From Macrostomum hystrix (Eukaryota; Animalia; Platyhelminthes), in the NCBI GenBank assembly GCA_950097015.1, contig CATNEN010000001.1:3038001-3102000 (forward strand): a stretch of 64,000 bases of DNA, given 5' to 3'. A program made the translations under genes and the position numbers. Positions 1 through 12,000 of this stretch are shown in pieces (the stretch's first letter is position 1; each line of letters begins with the position of its first letter). A model generated the notes under the pieces. That model saw only the letters and a list, made by a program, of their open reading frames with translations. It did not search any database and was not told the origin of the DNA.

Positions 1-3000
1 CCTCCGCCATGCCGAAGCCGTCGGCCGCCGCCGCTGCTTCGGCGGCTCCTGCGTCGTCAGCTTCAGCCGCAGCAGCAGCAGCAGCCGCCGCGGCCGCCAA
101 CGCCGCCGCTACAGCAGGCGTGTTAAAAGAACCGCCGCTCAGAATGAAAGTGAAAGCTCAACTGGCCGGCCTAATGATTGAAGCGGCCCTCAATGCCAGC
201 CTTTGCGCTCGCTACGAAATCGATCCAATCAGCCTGATTGGTCAGGTCGGGCCATGCACCAGATTCCAGATGCTTGTACCGGCCCAGACTCTGCAATTCT
301 CCATCAATGCCACCAGCGGCGCCGGCCTACTCAGCCGAGACTCGGACATACCCAGCTCTGTCCGGGTAGCCTTCCCGTCCAGCTATTTAGTGGCCGAGCA
401 TAGGCCCTACGAATTGGAGGACGACATTGGGAAGGACGATCTCACCCAGGGATTGAAATATGTCTCCGGTGGATTCTTGGACGCTCAGGTGGGCCTTTGG
501 ATTGATGACATTTGAGATTTTACCTGGAGGGATGAGATTTCGAGATTGAATCTAAGGAGGTGAGATTTTGAAGTTGGTCATAGAGGGATGAGATTTCGAG
601 ATTCAATCTAAGGAGGTGAGATTTTGAAGCTGATCATAGAGGGATGAGATTTCGAGATTAAATCTAAGGAGGTGAGATTTTGAAGCTGGTCATAGAGGGA
701 TGAGATTTCGAGATTAAATCTAAGGAGGTGAGATTTTGAAGTTGGTCATAGAGGGATGAGATTTCGAGATTAAATCTAAGGAGGTGAGATTTTGAAGTTG
801 GTCATAGAGGGATGAGATTTCGAGATTCAATCTAAGTAGGTGAGATTTTGAAGTTGGTCATAGAGGGATGAGATTTCGAGATTAAATCTAAGGAGGTGAG
901 ATTTTGAAGTTGGTCATAGAGGGATGAGATTTCGAGATTAAATCTAAGGAGGTGAGATTTTGAAGCTGATCATAGAGGGATGAGATTTCGAGATTAAATC
1001 TAAGGAGGTGAGATTTTGAAGCTGATCATAGAGGGATGAGATTTCGAGATTAAATCTAAGGAGGTGAGATTTTGAAGTTGGTCATAGAGGGATGAGATTT
1101 CGAGATTAAATCTAAGGAGGTGGGATTTTGAAGTTGGTCATAGAGGGATGAGATTTCGAGATTAAATCTAAGGAGGTGAGATTTTGAAATAGATCAGATT
1201 TTGAGATTCGCCCTAAAAGGCTTTATCTCAAAGGGTTAGATTTTGTAAATTTGACCTGAAAGGATGATATTTTGACATTAGATTTTTGAGATTTGAGATT
1301 ACAGCTAATTATAGCGTTAGGATGAATTAAGGCATGAGATTATAAGTTTTGACGTCAAAGGATGAGATTTGAAGATTTGATCTAACGGAATTAGATTTTG
1401 AGTTTTTTATGAACTGCTAGATTTTTTAAATAACTGCTATTAGTCTGGTTGTAGATGAGATTTTAATTTTAATTTATGAAAATATAATTTATAATGCTGT
1501 GTAAATGCCGCAAATTATATATTCTGTTTGATTGCCCGCAGGCGCGAGTTGACAAGTTTCGTCACACGGTATCAACCAGCGATCTCTACTATCTAATTAT
1601 TGTGGTCAGAGTGTTTATGAAAGAGATCAACGAGATTATACAGAAGATGGCTGGAGACGCTGCGGCAGCTAGTATGAATGAGCTAGACGAGCAGCAGCAG
1701 CAGCAGCAGCAGCAGAATGCTTCGCAAAAGCAACAGGCGCGTTCGCAGCAGCCGCTGCCGCCGCTCATAACGAGCCAGAATTCTTCGTCTAGCGCCGCGC
1801 CCGGTAGCGGCTTCCTCAGCAGTGTACTTTTCAGTTTCAACGCCGTATTCCGAGGCATCCGGATCTCGGCCACTAGTCCGTCATCCTCGGAGATTAAATA
1901 CAAATCCGGAGAGTTCTCCGTGCAGGTAACACGTTTGATTGTTTTTATTTTAGTGAGGCTTGTTGCTACCGGTTGGAGGCAGGAAAACTAAGGGTAATGA
2001 ACTTTGTTATGATTAGAATAGGACAGCTCACGATTCTCAAGATTTAATATATTATCCCAAATTTAATAATTATATTAATTAAGAGGTTGTAGTCTTGTGG
2101 TTAGAGCGTCGGACCCAGGACTCGAAGGTCGTGGGTTCGATTCCTGACTCCACTGGAACAATTTGTGTCCTTTAGCAAGACACTTAAACTCTGCATTGCT
2201 TCAGTTCACCCAGCTTTTAAGTGGGTACCAGCATCAGCTGGGGTAATTGAAGGTGGGTGTGGCGTCGCCACAGTCCATGGACTGATCAGCCGTACGCAGC
2301 CTTCAGATGCGCCGCGCAATAGCTGCGGCTGTGCTGTCGGCTGCACATCTGGCCCAATCGGACAGGTGTAATCAATTATTATTAATATTATAAATTATCC
2401 CAGATTTGACTAATTATTTCTTACTCACCAAATTATACCTGATTTAAAAAAGGCCCCACACTTGACAAACATGAGAGGTGTAATGACCAGCATCTGTGCT
2501 TCGTAAATGTCCGTTTCTTAAGCCAACTCGTTAGATACAAAATAATGTGCCGCAAAAATTGACAGGTGTCAAATCGAGTCCAATCCGAGCAGGACTTCGT
2601 TCAGCAAGCCAGCAGTGAACTGTTCTTCAAAGCTAATCTGCCGCTGCGCCTGGAGTTGAACAGTCCTTTGAGCACTCTGGCATTCTTCTATACTCAAATC
2701 AAGGCCAGGAATAACATGGTCACCGAGAGGTCCAGCGGACAGAATCAGAAGGCTTTCCTGTTCTCTGTGCAAAAGCCTCACGTGAGTAGAGCCACTGCTG
2801 TGTCTGACTTTTATCTCTCTAAATAGCAAAGTTATCACTGACTCTCTGACTCTCACATTGGGAAATTTCTCCCAATCTGACTCTCACATTGAGAAACTTT
2901 CTCCCAATCTGACTCTCACCTTGAGAAACTTTCTCCCACTCTGACTCTCACCTTGAGAAACTTTCTCCCAATCTGACTCTCACATTAAGAAACTTTCTCC

Positions 3001-6000
3001 CAATCAGACTCTCACCTTGAGAAACTTTCTCCCAATCTGACTCTCACATTGAGAAACTTTCTCCTAATCTGACTCTCACATTGAGAAACTTTCTCCTAAT
3101 CTGACTCTCACATTGAGAAACTTTCTCCCAATCTGACTCTCACCTTGAGAAACTTTCTAATAATCTGACTCTCACCTTGAGAAACTTTCTAATAATCTGA
3201 CTCTCACATTGAGAAACTTTCTCCCACTCTGACTCGCAACCTGAAATTCAATTTCTATCTCCCTGACTACCGCCACATTTTCATTCTATCTGACTCTCAC
3301 CCTGAGATTTATTTCTCCCTGATCCCTCCTGAATAGTGCTGCACAGCAACCACAATCCCTTATTAAATCAGATCTACATCGAAGCCGAGGCCGTGAACAA
3401 GGCGCTTGTGCTGCTAAACTACAACTACGCTAAAACCTGGGAGAAGTGCGAAAATTATTTCAACTCGTTGGACAGAGAGGCGGCAAAGTCTTCGCGCGGC
3501 CTGCATCCTCAGCCTACGCAGGCACTGTACCATCACCATCACCCGCACCTTCATCACCACCAGCAGCAGCATCTGAAGCCATCCAGTGCCGCCCCAAATC
3601 TAGCCAGTGTCAGCCCGCCAATCAGAGTGCGCCAGTCTAGAGAATTGCAGCCCGTTCAATCTGGACAAACTGACGAGTCATCAACTGTGTTCCTACAGCT
3701 GACCGTAAGGAACTCGTGTATTTTTAGAATAGTGTCAATATTCTGTCAATTTACTCAGTGTAGTTCATTGAAATACAATTCTCTTCTTTCTTAGAATACA
3801 TTTTTTCCTGACAGTTTTTTCTTTTATAGAAAAATAGTATAGTTTCTTAGAAATATCTGTTCGAAGCGTCATCGTTTCTTAAAAAAACCTAATTTTCGTT
3901 GATGAAATAATTTGCTTTCTCATGTTTGCTTAGATAAGTTGTTCCTTTATGATTTCTTATAATATATTCTGCTCCTTAATAGTTTCTTAGAATCATCTGC
4001 TCCTTTATGGTTTCTTAGAATCATGTGCTCCTTTCTAGTTTCTTAGAATCGTGTGCTTCTTTCTGGTTTCTTAGAATTATGTGCTTCTTTCTGGTTTCTT
4101 AGAATTATGTGCTCCTTTCTGGTTTCTTAGAATTATGCGCTCCTTTCTAGTTTTTTAGAATCATGTGCTCCTTTCTGGTTTCGTAGAATTATGTGCTCCT
4201 ATCTTGTTTTCTTAGAATTATGTGCTCCTTAGAATCATGTGCTCCTTTCTGGTTTCGTAGAATTATGTGCTCCTATCTTGTTTTCTTAGAATTATGTGCT
4301 CCTTTCTGGTTTCTTAGAATTATGTGCTCCTTTCTGGTTTCTTAGAATTATGTGCTCCTTTCTGGTTTCGTAGAATTATGTGCTCCTATCTTGTTTTCTT
4401 AGAATTATGTGCTCCTTTCTGGTTTCTTAGAATTATGTGCTCCTTTCTGGTTTCTTAGAATTATGTGCTCCTTTCTAGTTTCTTAGAATTATGTGCTCAT
4501 TTCTGGTTTCTTAGAATTATGCGCTTCTTTCTAGTTTCTTAGAATTATGTGCTCCTTTCTGGTTTCTTAGAATCATGTGCTCCTTTATGGTGTCTTAGAA
4601 AGTGTTTTTTATGGTTCTTTTAAATATTTTTTTCTAATGGTTTTCTAGAACAATCTTCTCTTTTTCTTAGAAAAAATTTTATGCTGCGTCAAAGTTTCCT
4701 AGAAAAAAAGCTGGTGTTTTCTTAGATTTCTTATATTTTCTTTAATGGTTTACCAATTGTTTGATAAAAACAATGTTCGTCAATGTTTTCCTAGAAAAAA
4801 GTTCTCTTTCGTGATTAATTTTCTGCTCCAAAAAGGTTTTTCTTAGAAAATATGTTCTAACACCATTTCTTACAATAACATGCGATTTAGGGGAAATGGT
4901 TTCAAACACGATTTGATAAATCATGCCAGAAAGAGTTCTCGCTATAGTTTCTAAGAAACCTATTTTCCTTTGTCTTATGTCACTACGACTTAAATGTTAA
5001 CGACAAATATTTTTCTAAATTCGCACTCTCCTCCAACTTATCCCCAATTCAGGTAGAGGATTTCGGCATCGCATTGCACACTGGTTCAATCGCCTGCGTT
5101 GATAAGGTGGACAGTCCCACGGCTCTGGTTCTCACCCTGGAATCCAGCCGCATCTCCGCCATCTACAAAGACGCCTCGTTCGCTTCGGAAGGTTCGTTTG
5201 CAAATTTCTGTCTGAGATTCGAAGACGATTTCAACCAATCGTCGGAGGATTGGAAGCCGGAGTTGTCGCCGGTATCCAATCCGGATAGGATCGTGTTCAA
5301 CGCATGCGCTGTGCCAGAAGGCTCGTTCAAGATCTGCTCCAGCAGTAAGACCTTCGGCTTGGAGCCGGCACCGCTGCTAGTTAGGACCACTCTAGACTTT
5401 CACTGGCAGATGCACGGCCTTGATATTCACCTGGATGTCAACATTGGCAAACGATTGAAGCATCTGTTCTTCACGCTGAAGAAGATTATGACGGGTGACG
5501 ATAGTCAGGGCGGCAGCGGCGGCGGCGGAGACGCCAGTTTGCGGTCTAGCTCCGGCGAACCTGGCACTGCCACCGACAGGCAGACAGTTGTCAATCAGAT
5601 TGATCAGAGAAAAGTTGAACTGGAACAGTTATTGGCCGATAATACCCTGGATTCTAGAGCTATCCAATTAGCTGGCACCAAAAAGATGGAGATTGACAAC
5701 TTCGAAGACATCCTACTGAAGCGCACTAAGAAGTCGTTGATCAGCAAGCTGAGAAAGCGCGGCCGGCAGTATTCGGTGTTCAACGATTCCTCGTCGACTA
5801 GCTCAAGCGATGCAGTCGGAGGTGCCGTCGGAGGCGGTGTTAGTCGAAGGTCCAGCGACAGGTGAGTTCAACAGTAGGACTGCCAAGCTATTTTGCCGCC
5901 CGTTTTTATACCAAGGGAGGAGGCAGTTATTACCCCCAGGAATTTTTTTGGCAGCGCTCGACTGCTAGCAGCGTTGGGTCGTGACTGATTGGTTGGCAGA

Positions 6001-9000
6001 CTAGGCGATGGTGTCCTGTGGTTGAGCTGCGCCTAATAGTTAGGCTTGATCAGTGAAATTTGAGAAATTCACGTCAGGTTGTCCATAGTGGCCTAGTTCC
6101 ACCTGTTGTAGCTCTTGAAGGTCCAGCAGCTCCGTCTAGATAAAGGTCGATGACCACCGAAGACGGAGATGATGCAGGTACATTCGGGTGACATGCTGAT
6201 CAATTTTGAATGCCTGGCAAGGCCGCACTGAGGCAGACCTTCGGGAATTCCCTCGCCTTGGTAGTTCAGTCACACCTGTGTGAGTGTGTGCCTGAGTACA
6301 GTATCTCTGTGTGTGCGTGTGTGCTCAGGAGTCAGCGAAATGGGCAGAATTGCCTCCTCGCTGGCTGCAGGTCTAGTTGGTAGTTCTATTGTTCATTTAT
6401 GTAGCAATTTTCTTTTATTTCCTATTTGCAGTTAAAGTTTAGCAATTTAGCATTTATTTTTGTTATTTGAAAGTCTTGTGCAACTAGTGGTTTTATATTT
6501 AATGAAATCTCATATTCTATCCAATAGCTGGACTCTAAGCGATTATTCAAGTATCCCGTGGTACGTCGTGTTTTTTACGTACTTTCAATGCTGAACAATT
6601 CTGAAGCATCCTACTATTAAGTAGTATAGATTCTACAGTTTGTTTGTTTTGAAAGATTGCCTGAGTGTGATTTTCATGATTGCTAATTTACCTATTTGTG
6701 CATGAACATTTGCCTCTATGCTTGGAGTTAGTATTTTTCTCAGAACAATATCGACACAGCAATGACTATAATAATATTTTCCTAATTCCAGTATGTCTGG
6801 CTTAAGCGCACTGATACAATTTCGGAGGTATATATTGCAAAGAAACCAATCTATTTTTTTCAAAAAATAACTGTAGAACTAAAACGTTGTTATGAAGATT
6901 CTTTTTTTAATAAAATATTGAGAGGTAGAGAAACTCAAATTTAAACAAATTTTGCTTTTTGAGTCATTCTAATTATTTAGTCATAACAAATCAGGTTCAA
7001 AAATTGGTTTTTCAACTAATAATTCTCGTGTATTAACTAAAAATGTTTCATTCAGATTAGCATCATATGCATAATACTCCAAGATCCTGGGTTTTAGACT
7101 GCTCATAATACTCCAAGATCGTGGGTTTTAGACTGCTCATAATACTCCAAGATCGTGGGTTTTAAACTGCTCATAATACTCCAAGATCGTGGGTTTTAGA
7201 CTGCTCATAATACTCCAAGATCCTGGGTTTTAGACTGCTCATAATACTCCAAGATCGTGGGTTTTAAACTGCTCATAATACTCCAAGATCGTGGGTTTTA
7301 AACTGCTCATAATACTCCAAGATCGTGGGTTTTAGACTGCTCATAATACTCCAAGATCGTGGGTTTTAAACTGCTCATAATACTCCAAGATCCTGGGTTT
7401 TAGACTGCTCATAATACTCCAAGATCGTGGGTTTTAAACTGCTCATAATACTCCAAGATCGTGGGTTTTAAACTGCTCATAATACTCCAAGATCGTGGGT
7501 TTTAAACTGCTCATAATACTCCAAGATCCTGGGTTTTAGACTGCTCATAATACTCCAAGATCCTGGGTTTTAAACTGCTCATAATACTCCAAGATCCTGG
7601 GTTTTAAACTGCTCATAATACTCCAAGATCCTGGGTTTTAGACTGCTCATAATACTCCAAGATCCTGGGTTTTAGACTGCTCATAATACTCCAAGATCCT
7701 GGGTTTTAGACTGCTCATAATACTCCAAGATCGTGGGTTTTAGACTGCTCATAATACTCCAAGATCCTGGGTTTTAAACTGCTCATAATACTCCAAGATC
7801 CTGGGTTTTAGAATGCTCATAATACTCCAAGATCCTGGGTTTTAGACTGCTCATAATACTCCAAGATCGTGGGTTTTAGACTGCTCATAATACTCCAAGA
7901 TCGTGGGTTTTAGACTGCTCATAATACTCCAAGATCGTGGGTTTTAAACTGCTCATAATACTCCAAGATCCTGGGTTTTAGACTGCTCATAATACTCCAA
8001 GATCGTGGGTTTTAAACTGCTCATAATACTCCAAGATCGTGGGTTTTAAACTGCTCATAATACTCCAAGATCCTGGGTTTTAGACTGCTCATAATACTCC
8101 AAGATCGTGGGTTTTAGACTGCTCATAATACTCCAAGATCGTGGGTTTTAGACTGCTCATAATACTCCAAGATCGTGGGTTTTAAACTGCTCATAATACT
8201 CCAAGATCCTGGGTTTTAGACTGCTCATAATACTCCAAGATCGTGGGTTTTAAACTGCTCATAATACTCCAAGATCGTGGGTTTTAGACTGCTCATAATA
8301 CTCCAAGATCCTGGGTTTTAGACTGCTCATAATACTCCAAGATCCTGGGTTTTAGACTGCTCATAATACTCCAAGATCGTGGGTTTTAAACTGCTCATAA
8401 TACTCCAAGATCGTGGGTTTTAAACTGCTCATAATACTCCAAGATCCTGGGTTTTAGACTGCTCATAATACTCCAAGATCCTGGGTTTTAGACTGCTCAT
8501 AATACTTCAAGATACCGAGTTTTAGACTGCTCATAATACTCCAAGATACCGAGTTTTAGACTGCTCATAATACTCCAAGATACCGAGTTTTAGAATGCTC
8601 ATAATACTCCAAGATACCGAGTTTTAGACTGCTCATAATACTCCAAGATACCGAGTTTTAGACTGCTCATAATACTCCAAGATAAAGAGTTTTAGACTGC
8701 TCATAATACTCCAAGATATCGAGTTTTAGACTGCTCATAATACTCCAAGATACCGAGTTTTAGACTGCTCATAATACTCCAAGATACCGAGTTTTAGACT
8801 GCTCATAATACTCCAAGATAACGAGTTTTAGACTGCTCATAATACTCCAAGATAAAGAGTTTTAGACTGCTCATAATACTCCAAGTTTGAGCATACTCAC
8901 CTTATAAAGTAATTAAAATTGTACTCTTCTGTTTGACTGCTTGTTTTTTTCTTCTTTGTCAGTGCACTCTCTTTGTGTTTATCCGCGTTTCAAATTTTTA

Positions 9001-12000
9001 GATTATTGTAAGGACGGTGACGGTTAATGCACAAATTTAACAAATTCTTGAATCGTTTTGAAGTGAAAAAAAACTAGATTTTAATAAAAAAAATTGTACA
9101 AAAATAAATGTGCTTGCTAGTTTTTTTGCCTAAACTTTCGCTTGTGTCCTGTGAATGTTCAATGATGCTTGTCGGCGAGTTCAATTGAGTTCAATCGGTG
9201 AGTCTGAGTTGGCAGCATACAGGTTGATGAGGTAAAACTTGACCGATAGTTAGAACAGGCAAATACAGGTGTAACAGATGAAACAGGGGACTAGCTAGTG
9301 AAAGAGATGCAACTAATTTGTTTTACGGTAAATTATTTTAACTATATATAAGGTAAGTTTTTCAAAATGTTTTGAAATACCGTCAGATTTTGCAAAGTAT
9401 ATTACATCATAACTGCCTCCGCTGTATACAATTTCAACAGTCTATTCAACTTTCTTGAAGATATTCGACAAAATTTTATTCTGAAGTTCAAGTGCTGAAG
9501 AATTCAGTTTGACTGACCATAATTATTCAATAGTTATTTGACATTAGTTCGCATTTATTCATACAGGAACCTGGCCAGAAGTCAACGCTTGTCATCGCAC
9601 AGATTCCAAAGTGTCATGGAGCAGAACGATGAATTCGGATCAAAGTGAGTGCGGACTGTTGTTTTTTTCTGGTTAATTATACCACTGAAAGAAAGCACGG
9701 TCGGGTGTTTATCTGAGTGCAATGAAAATCACAGCCGAATTTGCTTTAATTGCCTATTCACAGCGACGATATCTACTCGCACACTCTGGCCACGGTACCG
9801 TCCGCTGAGGGCAGTCTGACAGCCGACATGCCGCCGACACCGCCGCCACGACTGAGAAGCGTCGGCGCTAGCGGCACTGGCGAGTCAACATATTTGGACT
9901 CGCCAACAGCAGCTGGAAGCGCGGCTAACCAAGAGCCGTTGAGAAGTCTGGATCTGTCAGTTGTGGTCCGCGTCAACTCCGGCAAGTGCTTGCTGCATCC
10001 CAGAACCGCTCCGGCGCCAGCCAGGCCGGGTCAGCAGCACGCCAAGCCGTCGGTTCTGTCCACTACGGCGTCCTGCGTCAGTGACAGCGGCGAGGAAGCC
10101 ACCGGTGGATTTGGCGGCCTGGAGAATCCGCAGCAGGATCGGGAAGATTTGTTGGCTCGCTACAAGAAGTACAGAGCTTATCCCGGACAGGTGAGTGGCT
10201 TAGATATTAGGACTCGAACCCGGGAGCTTCTGGGTCGAATAGCGATGCGCTAGACCTTCTTTTGTGGTAAACTGCCCTGTGGCCCTATTCGGATTCGAAC
10301 CCGGGATTCTCTGATTTAAGAAGCAACGCGCTATACCTTTAAGCCAATCTTTGCCCCCCATATTGTACAGATAAACTGCTTTTTATGTTACTGATCTCCT
10401 TTGATACTACTAATATACATATACTACTTATGTATATTTCTACAGGTGACCGAGATCACCGAATTCGTCATCCCCGCACTGGACGCTGATTGTCGCTACG
10501 TTTCTGAGGCCACCGATCCGGAGACTCGCCGCCGAAAAGACAATGTCTACGCCAGCATTGTGCTGCAGTCTTTGTCGCGCCAGATGCTGGTTCGACCAAC
10601 TTTGCTAGACTATCTCGAGCAGTCCTTGGAACCGCTGCCTACATTCTTTACCGACGTGTTTCCTGACGACACAGGATCGGATGACAAGTCTAACGTGCTG
10701 GCCGTATCCGGAGATCGCGAGGACAGTAGCTTCGATGTCCCAGTAGACGTAGTTGTGTCTATTCGTGTTGAACCATCGACTGTCCGCTTCTCTTGCACCA
10801 GCGTTGAGTGCTCAATTCTGCTGCCGGCAGTGGATCTGGTGTTTTCTACGCAAAGAAATCAGGTCAGTTTTGTTATGTTTTCGGTTATCCGATATGTATC
10901 GAAATACTCGTAAAAAGGTTGGAGATTCCAGTAAAAAAGTAATCTTTATTAAATTTTAAGGAGGGACTGAATCCAGTCTGATATGTATCGGACTAAACCT
11001 AACCTACAGGTTATACGATATAGGATTTCGGTAAAAATTTAGACATAAGGCTTGGCGATATGTATCGATATCTAGCTTTTTAAGTAGACCGATATGTATC
11101 GAAATAATCAAAAAATGATATTTAAAGCTTTTGATTTTGCTACTTCCAATTAGTGTTTTTATCTTGAATCAATTGTACAGGAGGGACTGAATCCAGCTTC
11201 TTCCTATTCCGGCGCCCCTGGATCGGCGCCTCCGCCAACCTCGTCGTCGCCCTCCCAGCAGCCATTGTATCGACCCCAGTCGCCACAGTCCGGCCTGAGC
11301 GGCTCAGGCACCAGCCTGGCTAGTCGAACCCTGTCGGAGAGTAGCGGCCTGCGGATGACTGGCTGCTTGCGCGGCTTCTCGGTCTACGTCTATCGAATCA
11401 ACGTGCTGGAACGCGATCGAGATCGCAGCAGCTTCGATCCGGCCAAGCACGGCCCCGACTCGCCGCTGCAGCTCATTGTGCGCGACATTTGCGTCGATCT
11501 GTCTAGATCCAGAGAGGCTGCCGTCACTGTTGATAAGAGCGGAGTGTCCAGGCTGCACAACAAAATTGCTCTAAGCGCCGTCTGTTCGCTCTCAGATGCC
11601 AAGTTTGAGCACAATGTTGTCATGCTGTCGGATATACTGGAATTTCCAAAGAGCTGGTATCGACGAGCCCTAGTCAGGTAGGTTAATCGTTTTTTTGCCA
11701 AAGAAATGTATCGGACATGTATCGAAAACGTATTTTATTATTGTCACCCGATATGTATCGAAAAAACATACTTCATTTATTGGCACCCGATATGTATCGA
11801 AACACTTTTATTTATTGTCACCAAATTTATAGCGCACTTTTTTGTCCTCTTTTAGGCGTCTATTCCTAGGCGAGGAGGCCAAACCGCAAGTATCCTCGGC
11901 GGCTCCTGCAGCAAAGTCAACCTGGGAGACTTTAGTAGTGTTTAGTATGGCCTTCGACACTGTGCAAGTGCGTCTATCGCTACTGAAAACTCTAGGCACA

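Noticed and set aside
7069-8885. Regular 34-bp array resembling CRISPR
   Set aside because: No unique spacers, no cas genes, and it lies in a eukaryotic intron: a minisatellite.
10195-10345. Two tRNA-like segments on the minus strand (CCCGGGTTCGAGTCC / CCCGGGTTCGAATCC)
   Set aside because: I could not build full cloverleaves; probably decayed tRNA-derived SINE heads. The SINE A/B/C heads were likewise not called as tRNA genes.
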